Below the pieces are notes generated by a model that ran no database searches, had not been told where the DNA came from, and saw nothing but the letters and a program-made list of their open reading frames with translations. This document shows, piece by piece, positions 1 through 7,497 of a stretch of 25,210 nucleotides of DNA (its first letter is position 1; every line of letters begins with the position of its first letter). The translations under genes were made by a program, and so were the position numbers. Location of the stretch: positions 1-25,210 of the IMG/VR virus record IMGVR_UViG_3300023266_000007, one strand, 5' to 3'. The stretch comes from a virus (taxonomy: Duplodnaviria; Caudoviricetes).

Positions 1-807
1 GACTTCGAATCCGGCGGCTTCCATGGTGGCGACGGCGTCAGCCTCCGTCGGCGGGGTGTCGGACGGCGGGGTGTCGGGTGCCGGGTCGGCCGCGGATGCT
101 GGTGCCGGGTCCGCCGGTGGTTCGGGCAGGTCAGGTGGCGGGGCGGCGGGGGCCGGGTCGGCGGGTGGGCGTCGCTGCGCGGTCCGCCGTTTCGCCGGGG
201 CCGGGGCGTCTTCCCGCTCTTCGGCGGCGAGCCCGGCGGGGGTTTCTTCGCCGCCGAGTTCGTCGACGGTATGGGATACGCCGATCAGCACGTCCGGGGC
301 GATCAGCCGCACCACCTCCGCGGTAGCACGATTCAGCAGCATGTCGACCGGGTAGGCGACCCACGTTTTCTTACCGGCCAATCCAGCCCGCTTGGCGCGG
401 TCCATGGTCCAGGTCGAGCGTTCGATCCGGGCGGATCCTTTCCGCCGGCCGCAGACGATCGCCCGACTGGAGTTGGATTCTTCGGTCCACATTTCGTGGC
501 CCTGGCGGAGCGCGAGAGCGCGCATGCCTTTCGCCCGGATCGCGGGTGAGCCGTCGATGATGTCGATGTTGCCGAGTGCCCACATGATCGGTACACCGAG
601 TTCCATGCCGGTGAGGATCGCCCCGGTGACTTCTCCCGGCTGGTGGCGCATCGTTTTCGGAACAAATGATGTCTCGCACAGGACGGTGGCGATCTCGTGT
701 GCCTGCTGCGCCGCAGCCGCCCAGGCGAGGAGCCCGTCGGCCCATCCCCGGTCCAGGGTGGGTGCCATGCTGGCCGGGTCGGTGCGCCGCTCGAGGTCGG
801 TGGTCAT
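1..807 (-). CDS. RecT-like ssDNA annealing protein (3' end beyond window)
   Basis: Not in the ORF track because it has no stop in the window. ATG at 807 overlaps the exonuclease stop (ATGA). Manual translation: MTTDLERR...LCETSFVPKTMRHQPGEVTGAILTGMELGVPIMWALGNIDIIDGSPAIRAKGMRAL...STWTMDRAKRAGLAGKKTWVAYPVDMLLNRATAEVVRLIAPDVLIG, then a Pro-rich tail; typical actinophage RecT-like motifs. Confidence 0.8.
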   Translation of the reverse strand, partial: MTTDLERRTDPASMAPTLDRGWADGLLAWAAAAQQAHEIATVLCETSFVPKTMRHQPGEVTGAILTGMELGVPIMWALGNIDIIDGSPAIRAKGMRALALRQGHEMWTEESNSSRAIVCGRRKGSARIERSTWTMDRAKRAGLAGKKTWVAYPVDMLLNRATAEVVRLIAPDVLIGVSHTVDELGGEETPAGLAAEEREDAPAPAKRRTAQRRPPADPAPAAPPPDLPEPPADPAPASAADPAPDTPPSDTPPTEADAVATMEAAGFEV

Positions 808-1604
808 GCGGTCACCGGTGCCGGGTTGGGCAGGGGTGCGCCGATGAGTTCCGGTATCCGGTCGACGTGCCGGGCGGTATATGCCGCACCGCGAAACGTG
901 CGGAATGCGTGGGACGTCTCTCGGTCGGGGCCGGTGTCGATCGGGACGACGTCGTACCCGTCGGCCGCGACTTTGACAACCCACGTGTGCTCGATCCCGA
1001 CTTCCAGCATCGGCATCTCGGTACCGTCGTCACCGATATAGACATCGGCATAGCGGTATGCGGCAAGCTGCAATGCTGTCTCCGGCCACACCCCGGACTC
1101 ACCCGTCTTGTAATCCAGCAGGACACGCCCGTGGCCGGGGATGTCAGCGACCATGTCGAGGGTTCCGGCGTACGGCACCCATCTGTTGGCGATGACGGTT
1201 TCGGTGAGCACCGGGGTCGGGTTCCATTGGTCCAGGAAGGCGAGCACGGATTCGACGTGGCCTTCCAGGTCCTCATCGATGTCGACGCCGTATTCGAGTT
1301 TCTCGCCCCGGCACAGCCGCTCGGCGAGTTTGTGCACCGTCTGCCCGCGGGTGGCCTTGGTGTTGCGGTCGGCGTACGGGAGGGCTTTCAGGGCGGCGAT
1401 CATCGGGTCGCGGCCGAGCACACGCAGTGCGGCCAGGTCGGCATCGTCGGCGTCGGCGACCCACTCGGCTACCACTTTGCCGGTCCATCCGATCAACCCT
1501 GGAGCCGGATAGCCGAGTCGGATCAGCGTGGTGACGCCTTTGGTTTTCTCGCCGTCGAGAAGATACGTGTGGCCCGTGCCGCAGTTTCGGCGGATGATGC
1601 TCAT
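804..1604 (-). CDS. PD-(D/E)XK exonuclease (RecE/Cas4-like partner of RecT)
   Basis: Motifs GVTTLI, RGQTVH, YAGTLD, LLDYKTG, LQLAAYR; likely start ATG 1604 by ATGA coupling to the upstream ORF (track start 1661). Confidence 0.85.
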   Translation of the reverse strand: MSIIRRNCGTGHTYLLDGEKTKGVTTLIRLGYPAPGLIGWTGKVVAEWVADADDADLAALRVLGRDPMIAALKALPYADRNTKATRGQTVHKLAERLCRGEKLEYGVDIDEDLEGHVESVLAFLDQWNPTPVLTETVIANRWVPYAGTLDMVADIPGHGRVLLDYKTGESGVWPETALQLAAYRYADVYIGDDGTEMPMLEVGIEHTWVVKVAADGYDVVPIDTGPDRETSHAFRTFRGAAYTARHVDRIPELIGAPLPNPAPVTA

Positions 1605-1804
1605 GCGGCACCCCGGGTGCGGGTGCGCCGGCGGCGGGGCTGTAATGCCGGATGGATGCATTGCTTGTCGGGCCCGAAAATAGATGCCCCAGGGTTACCG
1701 GCGGATTGTGTGGGTGGGGTGTGTGAGCGGCCTGTGACAGGGGCGCGATAGAACGCCAAGGTGTTACGCCAGAGGCGCCGGACCGCGGTGATAAAGATGT
1801 TCAT
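1601..1804 (-). CDS. Hypothetical 67-aa protein
   Basis: GAGGA RBS before the ATG; stop overlaps the exonuclease start (ATGA). Confidence 0.5.
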   Translation of the reverse strand: MNIFITAVRRLWRNTLAFYRAPVTGRSHTPPTQSAGNPGASIFGPDKQCIHPALQPRRRRTRTRGAA

Positions 1805-1969
1805 GCGGAATCCTCGTTGTGGCAGGGGTTTATGCCGAGCAACATAGGCACGCCGCGACGATCGTGAGGGGCGTTCATGTCAAACCTGGCCCCGCCTTTT
1901 CATCCGAACGGGTGACCTGGCCGGGTAGTGCTGACAGGCGACCCGATGGGGTGTCTAGCGTCCCTGGAT

Positions 1970-2026
1970 GCGTGCGGGCCGGAGCGTCCTCGATGGCTGG
2001 GAACCTGGACCTGCCGGCCCGCACGC
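1970..2026 (-). terminator. Stem-loop after endolysin stop
   Basis: Perfect 13-bp inverted repeat gcgtgcgggccgg (1970-1982) / ccggcccgcacgc (2014-2026), 31-nt loop, no U-tail. Confidence 0.5.
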
Positions 2027-2033
2027 GCCATCC

Positions 2034-2873
2034 CTATCCGGCGAGGGGCCGGGTCCAGGGTGTCGGCCAGGTCTTCGGCCCCACCTTCCCGTCAACCTTC
2101 AGCCCGATCTGTTTCTGCCACGCCTTGACCACCCGCTCAAACGCGGGCCCCGGCAGCCCGTCGGCTTTCCCGATCGAGGTCCAGCCGCGTTCGCGCATCC
2201 GCTGTTGCCATTGCCGGACCGCCGGATCCGGCGTTTTGGTGCGGTCGTTGCGGGCCAGTTCCCGGCCCGGGTACGGCGGCGCTTTCATCGCGGCAGCGAC
2301 CGGCACGGCGGCGGGTTTACGGTTCGGTGCGGGTGTGGGTTTCGGTAGCACCCGGATACCGCGACTCTTCAACCATTGCGCCACCGACTCGCCGCGGAGA
2401 ATGGACCAAATCGCCTCGTTCGCGGTCCGATCGGTGATATACCGTCGTCTCTGTTCGACGTGAACGTGCCATTTATGATCCGGCGACGCGCGTTTGGTGC
2501 GGCCGGCGTAGATGTCATATCGGACTGCGGCGGGGCCACCCTCCCACCCATTAAATGCATTGAGGTATTTTCTGCGTGGATCTTTCGTATCCCGGAATGC
2601 GGCAGCGAGACGCGCCGTCGCGAGCTTCATATCACTGCCGGACATTGTCATGTCAACGGCGGAGGAACCGTTAGCTGGGCCTTGCCCGCTGCGGTCTTCC
2701 GGGCGCACCACCGAGTAGTTATCGTCAGGTTGAAACATCCGTCCAATGTGGTACCCGCCCCTGCGGGCGTGGAGTGCGTCGCCAACGCAACCGGAGAATA
2801 CCGCCGACTTGAAAATCTTCTCGAATCCTTCGGCGAACTCCTTCATTTCCGGGTGCGCAATGGTGCCGCTCAT
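2034..2873 (-). CDS. Endolysin: putative Zn-peptidase (M15/LAS-like) domain, Pro/Ala linker, peptidoglycan-binding domain
   Basis: GDALH..GGYH...SSAVD...DHKWHVH motifs; C-terminal PG_binding_1-like DGLPGP...VKAWQKQIGLKVDGKVGPKTW; start ATG 2873 coupled (ATGA) to the upstream gene. Confidence 0.85.
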   Translation of the reverse strand: MSGTIAHPEMKEFAEGFEKIFKSAVFSGCVGDALHARRGGYHIGRMFQPDDNYSVVRPEDRSGQGPANGSSAVDMTMSGSDMKLATARLAAAFRDTKDPRRKYLNAFNGWEGGPAAVRYDIYAGRTKRASPDHKWHVHVEQRRRYITDRTANEAIWSILRGESVAQWLKSRGIRVLPKPTPAPNRKPAAVPVAAAMKAPPYPGRELARNDRTKTPDPAVRQWQQRMRERGWTSIGKADGLPGPAFERVVKAWQKQIGLKVDGKVGPKTWPTPWTRPLAG

Positions 2874-3229
2874 GACTGGCCCATTTCCGCGTCCGGCACC
2901 AGGATGTCGTAATCCTCTTCGCTGGCGGCCTGCCACCGCTTGGCGTCATCGAGGGCCAGCGGCGTTTCCGAGCGGGCGGTGAACACGCCATCGGTGCCGC
3001 GGTCATAGATCCAGCACTGGCGGGCCGGCCGGTCGATCAAAAGGAAGCCGCTAGGGAAGCGGGATTGTGCTTGGCGACCGTTCCAGGGTCCGCCGCGGAC
3101 GGGGCCCTCATAGAGGTCCGGGTCGTCGTCATCGTCGTCATCGTCGGGTAGATCGGGGTCGGGGCTGTCGAGCTCGGCGGCCAGGTCCGCGCCGTCGATC
3201 TCGACGTCGTCGGTGCTGTCGGTGTGCAT
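2870..3229 (-). CDS. Hypothetical acidic protein (poly-Asp, GGPxNG motif)
   Basis: 119 aa, GGGGGAG RBS, translationally coupled to the endolysin. Confidence 0.8.
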   Translation of the reverse strand: MHTDSTDDVEIDGADLAAELDSPDPDLPDDDDDDDDPDLYEGPVRGGPWNGRQAQSRFPSGFLLIDRPARQCWIYDRGTDGVFTARSETPLALDDAKRWQAASEEDYDILVPDAEMGQS

Positions 3230-3468
3230 GGTCTCCCCCGTGCTGTGCGCTAGTCCGGGGGGCCGCTACTGACGTTAGATCTGCTGGCGCGACTGCGATC
3301 CGTAGATCGGAGAGTCGGTCTGAGACGGCCTCATTGGTGATGTGGCGCAACTCACACCGAGGGAGACGGGTCATCATGGGTAGCCATGTACGAAATGCCC
3401 AGTGATGGTGGAGATGGATATCCCATGTTGGTCCAGACGAACACAGGATTTTAGAACCTTTCTCAGAT

Positions 3469-3484
3469 TACGATCATGGACGTG
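3469..3484 (+). promoter_or_regulatory. Putative -10 element for a leaderless integrase transcript
   Basis: TACGAT (3469-3474) lies 7 nt before an in-frame GTG (3482); no obvious RBS; TAnnnT geometry typical of actinobacterial leaderless mRNAs. Confidence 0.45.
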
Positions 3485-5044
3485 AACAGCACATCCCCCA
3501 CAGCAGTAACCAAGATCGATGTAATGCTGGTAGTTCTGTACCTCCGGCTATCCGATGCTCGCAACGAGACGACCAGCTTTGCCGACCGGGAGGCGAAGTT
3601 GCGTGAGCACGCGGACCGCCGAGGCTGGACCGTGCTCCGGGTGGAGGTCGAGAACGATGTGACCCGGGGATCGTCCAAGAGCGCATCGGCATTCAAGCGC
3701 CGCCGTGTGCTTCAACCTGACGGCACATACGCGATGCGCGTATGGCGGCCGGGCTTCCAGGCGGTCTTGGAGGACTTGAAGGCTGGCCGCGCACAGGCAT
3801 TGCTCACTGAAGACCTCGATCGGGCGATGCGCGACCCACGCGACCTTGAAGACCTCATCGACGTGGTAGAGCGACACAAGTGCAGCGCCGATTCCCTATC
3901 CGGATCGCTGCGGTTCACGGCAGGCGGCACAGATTCAGAGATCACGATGGCCAGGATCATGGTTTCGATGGCGAACAAGTCCAGCCGTGACACTGCGCGG
4001 CGGGTAGCTGCTGCCCGGGAACGTAAGGCGACAGCTGGTGAGTGGGGCGGCGGGATACGGCCATTCGGGTTTCTCGCCGATGGTGTAACCATCGATCCGG
4101 TTGAGGCAGCGGAGATCGTCAAAGCATGTGAACAGGTAACAGCCGATGTGCCGTTGCGCCAGATCGCAGCTGACCTTCGGCGGAGGCAGATCCCGACAGT
4201 AAAGGGCACCCGGTGGACGGCTGAAGCGCTGAGAGACATCCTCATGCGACCGCGTAACGCTGGCATTTTGGTATATCGGCCGGAAGCCGATCGGAGACGT
4301 GAGGGCACAACGAAGCGGTATTACACGCGTGAGAATGAGGTGGGGCGGGCACCATGGGAACCGATCGTTCCGGAGGACACATGGCGGGCAGTCGTCGCAA
4401 AACTCACTGATCCGAACCGGGCGATGAAACCGGGGCCAGCGAACCGGTGGCTTGGCTCGGGTATCTACCTCTGTGTCTGCGGAACAGCAGTGGAAGTTCT
4501 TCAGGGAACCAAGAGGCCACCTGCATATCGATGCCGTAACACCGGGTCCGGCGACGGGGGCAAACACACCGTTCGGCGTGTCGCTATCGTCGACGAATAT
4601 GTGATTAAGACCGTCGTGCACATATTGTCCCGTCCGGATGCTGCCGATCTATTCGATAGCCCAATGCCCGCCGATGTCAATCTAGGCGAACTCCGCTCAC
4701 AGTTGACGGTTCTGCGGGAGCGCAAGAAGTCGTTTGCCACCGATTATGCAGATGGGCTGATTGATCGTGAGGCGATGCTGGCGGGTACCGCTCGGATAAC
4801 TCATCGCATGGAAGAGATTCAGGGAGTGCTTGCCTCGCATACCGACCGATCTCCATGGGCGTCACTGATCGGAATCGATGATGTGCGCGCCGTGTGGGAT
4901 GAACTTTCGCTTGGCATGCAGCGGCAGATTGTACGGACCTTGATTACGGTCACGATTTTGCCTATGCCCAGTAGGGGTCGGGTCCCGTTCGACCCAGCAT
5001 CCATCCGGATCGAGTGGGTCGCCACGCGAGGCGCACGTAAGTAG
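3476..5044 (+). CDS. int: Large serine recombinase (phiRv1-like integrase)
   Basis: Catalytic YLRLS, RPGF, DLDRAMR, recombinase domain (PFGF; WT...LRDILMRPRNAG; WEPIV), Zn-ribbon LCVCG...YRC...H, coiled coil; start may be 3476, 3482 or 3524. Confidence 0.97.
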   Translation: MDVNSTSPTAVTKIDVMLVVLYLRLSDARNETTSFADREAKLREHADRRGWTVLRVEVENDVTRGSSKSASAFKRRRVLQPDGTYAMRVWRPGFQAVLEDLKAGRAQALLTEDLDRAMRDPRDLEDLIDVVERHKCSADSLSGSLRFTAGGTDSEITMARIMVSMANKSSRDTARRVAAARERKATAGEWGGGIRPFGFLADGVTIDPVEAAEIVKACEQVTADVPLRQIAADLRRRQIPTVKGTRWTAEALRDILMRPRNAGILVYRPEADRRREGTTKRYYTRENEVGRAPWEPIVPEDTWRAVVAKLTDPNRAMKPGPANRWLGSGIYLCVCGTAVEVLQGTKRPPAYRCRNTGSGDGGKHTVRRVAIVDEYVIKTVVHILSRPDAADLFDSPMPADVNLGELRSQLTVLRERKKSFATDYADGLIDREAMLAGTARITHRMEEIQGVLASHTDRSPWASLIGIDDVRAVWDELSLGMQRQIVRTLITVTILPMPSRGRVPFDPASIRIEWVATRGARK

Positions 5045-5070
5045 ACGCTCAAATTAATCGATCCCACCGA

Positions 5071-5101
5071 CGATGCCGTTGCCTTTTCGGCAACGGCATC
5101 G
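5071..5101 (+). terminator. Hairpin terminator after integrase
   Basis: Perfect 13-bp stem cgatgccgttgcc / ggcaacggcatcg with a 5-nt loop, 26 nt after the int stop. Confidence 0.75.
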
Positions 5102-5185
5102 CTATATCTTCCCCGCTCTTGCGGCCGGGTCCTGTTACGGTGACGAAAAGATGGCCATTACGGAGGTCTTGTCAGGTGACGTTAC

Positions 5186-5368
5186 ATGGACACAGGAGAT
5201 ACAGAGGCACAGGCCCAGCCAGCAGGCGCAGATATCGATGAATACGTGCGCCAAGTCGTCGCGACGTTTCCGCCGTTGACCGCGGCGCAGAAAGAACACT
5301 TAGCACCATTACTGCGTGCCGGGGTCATCGCAGTGCAGACGCAGGGCCCGCTGATGGGTGGCCCGTAG
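5186..5368 (+). CDS. Putative recombination directionality factor (phiRv1 Rv1584c-like)
   Basis: IDEYVRQVVATFPPLTAAQKEHLAPLLR resembles the recalled phiRv1 RDF core (IADYLIRTLAAAPPLTDEQRTRLAELLR); adjacent to a phiRv1-like integrase. Confidence 0.7.
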   Translation: MDTGDTEAQAQPAGADIDEYVRQVVATFPPLTAAQKEHLAPLLRAGVIAVQTQGPLMGGP

Positions 5369-5420
5369 ACACAGAAAAGCGGGCCCGGGGATTCCCTTGT
5401 ACTAGGGGGCCCCGGGCCCG
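5367..5420. terminator. Repeat/hairpin element copy 1
   Basis: 19-bp agacacagaaaagcgggcc (5367-5385); 11-bp stem 5380-5390/5410-5420; U-rich tail when read on the minus strand. Confidence 0.7.
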
Positions 5421-5523
5421 TCTCTTCGTCCAACGTCACAGCCGCGTTCTCTCATCTCTGCCCGCGGCCATCCGATTGAGCGGACGCCCCACCCACTCAC
5501 CTGCTGATCAACGAGGTTTCCTC

Positions 5524-5868
5524 ATGCGTAAAGTCATCGGTGCCGGGCTTGTCCTGGCTTCCCTGTCGGGCGTATTCACCGACCCTGCCCCGGCACAGGC
5601 TGCTACCGCCCGGACGCTGAGCTCAGGCGTGTATGCCACGCCAGCCGCCCGGAACCTCGCTCTGCCGTCCTACGTGCCGGTGGCACAGCCGGGCACCTAT
5701 AAGACGTCGGGTCGTCCTGCCAGCAGGGTGTGCGCGCTACGGGCGGTCGACATGGCTGGGGTGACGGTGGCCAACTCGATCCTGATGAACGCTAAGAGCG
5801 GCACCGTGAAGGTCCCGGCTAGTGCAGTGCTGATCGAGGTATCCGGTCCCTGCAAGTGGCGGCGCTGA
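5524..5868 (+). CDS. Secreted small protein (moron-like)
   Basis: GAGG RBS; Sec signal MRKVIGAGLVLASLSG...AQA|A; PGTYKT.G...C...SGPCKW beta-domain with two Cys. Confidence 0.75.
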   Translation: MRKVIGAGLVLASLSGVFTDPAPAQAATARTLSSGVYATPAARNLALPSYVPVAQPGTYKTSGRPASRVCALRAVDMAGVTVANSILMNAKSGTVKVPASAVLIEVSGPCKWRR

Positions 5869-5873
5869 ATCGC

Positions 5874-5922
5874 AGACACAGAAAAGCGGGCCGGCTCCCC
5901 AGGTAGGGAAACCGGCCCGCTT
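5874..5922. terminator. Repeat/hairpin element copy 2
   Basis: Identical 19-bp agacacagaaaagcgggcc (5874-5892); 11-bp stem 5884-5894/5912-5922. Confidence 0.7.
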
Positions 5923-5971
5923 CTCGTTACACCAAACGACGTCCTTCCCCCCGGTCGGCTACAGAGGAAAG

Positions 5972-6024
5972 GGTGACAGGGGCGAGGTTAGAGCCAGCCA
6001 GCCACGGGTCCCGCCCCTGTCACC
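5972..6024. other. Inverted repeat
   Basis: ggtgacaggggcg (5972-5984) / cgcccctgtcacc (6012-6024), 27-nt loop. Confidence 0.6.
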
Positions 6025-6081
6025 GGTTTCAATGTATGGCCGGGGGTTCGCCGGCCGCAACCCTCATCCTCACCCTCACCC

Positions 6082-6282
6082 TCATATCGTGGCGTGGCCT
6101 GTCGTCGCCAGGTCCCAGATCACCCCCGCGGCTGACATCCATGCCGCCTGGATCGTCTCCGGTAGCTCGAGCCATGGCGGCATCTCATCGCCGTCCTTGT
6201 TGCGGTAGTCGACAGCCTTGCCGTAGGCGGTATAGGCGAGCTGTGCACGGCTCTCAGGTGTGGTCGTGGTCAAGGTACTCAT
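6082..6282 (-). CDS. Small phage protein, 66 aa
   Basis: MSTLTTTTPESRAQLAYTAYG...GDEMPPWLELPETIQAAWMSAA; AYxAY/PxWxxL/AWxxAA pattern familiar from phages; true start likely ATG 6282 rather than 6567. Confidence 0.7.
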   Translation of the reverse strand: MSTLTTTTPESRAQLAYTAYGKAVDYRNKDGDEMPPWLELPETIQAAWMSAAGVIWDLATTGHATI

Positions 6283-6367
6283 GACGGGGAGTATGCCGAG
6301 CCTGGGGCAGTGAGACACCGACAGATGAGGCAAGTCCCACTCATGGGTGAGGCACGCATCCCGTTGA

Positions 6368-6799
6368 TCAGGGCCAGGGCTCATCGTCGAGGTCCTGGCG
6401 GTGACGTGCACTCGGAGCGTTGTTCGGGGTGGTGCTCGGCGGTGTGGCCGGCGGTGTGGCTGGCGGTGCCGGTACGGGCCGGGCTTCTTCCGGCGGGTGG
6501 GTGAAGTCGGTGGCCTCCTCGATCCGGTGACTGATATTCGACGGCTCCCAGAACAACTTGTAAGCACCGAATGTGCCGATCATCACTTGCAAGATGACGT
6601 TGCGCCACTCGGCCCAGTCGACGTCCGACCGCAGCGCGGTGATCAGCACCGAATACACGAGGCACACCGCTAGGGCGACCGTGCCGCGGACCTCCCGCGA
6701 CCATGTGCGCTGGTTGATGACGGCGATCACCGGCGGCAGCACGAGGAAAGCGAACGTCATGCTGTTGGGGTCGAGGAGTTCGTTAGCGTCGTCCATCAC
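6368..6799 (-). CDS. Putative holin
   Basis: About three hydrophobic segments, actinophage holin-like PPVIAVINQRTWS...FWEPSNI..IE; follows the tail genes; Pro-rich C-tail. Confidence 0.7.
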   Translation of the reverse strand: MMDDANELLDPNSMTFAFLVLPPVIAVINQRTWSREVRGTVALAVCLVYSVLITALRSDVDWAEWRNVILQVMIGTFGAYKLFWEPSNISHRIEEATDFTHPPEEARPVPAPPATPPATPPSTTPNNAPSARHRQDLDDEPWP

Positions 6800-6808
6800 A
6801 ACCCCCTC

Positions 6809-7489
6809 TCACATGCCGAGGTATTTGGCGGTGAACACATTGAATCCGGTCCAGGCGGTGCCGCCGGTCTGCACGGTGGATGTCGAGTTGTGCATCCCCA
6901 TCAGCGTCACATAGGAGCCATCGACTCCGTCGAAATACAGCAGGACGGTGCGGGTGTGCACGCTGACTTGCCCGGCTACCGCTGGATAGATCTGGCACCA
7001 GCTGCCGGGGATCGCCGTCGCGGTGCTGGCGCCGTTGAGTGACAGCCATGCTGCCCGGTATCCGTCGCCGGCAGCGCTGTAGTAGTAGATGATCGCGTCG
7101 AGCTGATACCAGCCGGGGATGGTGGGCGTGAATCGGTTGTTGGCCCACATGGTGCTCATGTTCCGGGCGCGGACAGTGGTCATGGCGACAATCTGGGTTG
7201 CCGCGCCGGAGGGCATCGTGGTGACGCTCGCCGGTGTTGTCACCCCGACGACAGGGCTACCGGGGAGCGGCGCCCAGTAGTCGATGCCACCCACCCGGAT
7301 GCGTTTCTGGGTACCGCCGAGCGCGTCGGGGGTGACTAGGTACACCGTCATGCCGGGTACCGGTGCGAGGTCGCCGGTGAGGAAGGCATCACGGGCGGCG
7401 GCGGTAGCAAAGATCAGGTTGCTTTGCGCGACGATTTCGTTCAGGTCGGTGTCATAGACAAGGTCGTCGTCAGCCCAGTGTTTCATCAC
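6809..7489 (-). CDS. Minor tail / receptor-binding protein paralog 3 (C1q-like C-terminal domain)
   Basis: Shared N-terminal AARDAFLTGDLAPVPGM; NRFTPTIPGWYQL, LSLNG, terminal FTAKYLG. Confidence 0.75.
   Translation of the reverse strand: MMKHWADDDLVYDTDLNEIVAQSNLIFATAAARDAFLTGDLAPVPGMTVYLVTPDALGGTQKRIRVGGIDYWAPLPGSPVVGVTTPASVTTMPSGAATQIVAMTTVRARNMSTMWANNRFTPTIPGWYQLDAIIYYYSAAGDGYRAAWLSLNGASTATAIPGSWCQIYPAVAGQVSVHTRTVLLYFDGVDGSYVTLMGMHNSTSTVQTGGTAWTGFNVFTAKYLGM
7347..7401. repeat. 55-bp direct repeat copy A
   Basis: 54/55 identical to 8018-8072; encodes AARDAFLTGDLAPVPGMT. Confidence 0.95.
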
Positions 7490-7497
7490 AGCCCTCT

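Noticed and set aside
666-1751. 361-aa plus-strand ORF
   Set aside because: Antisense shadow of the exonuclease; no motifs
1878-1883. Perfect TTGACA on the minus strand upstream of 1804
   Set aside because: The only -10-like hexamer (CACGAT) is 11 nt away; spacing does not fit a sigma70-type promoter
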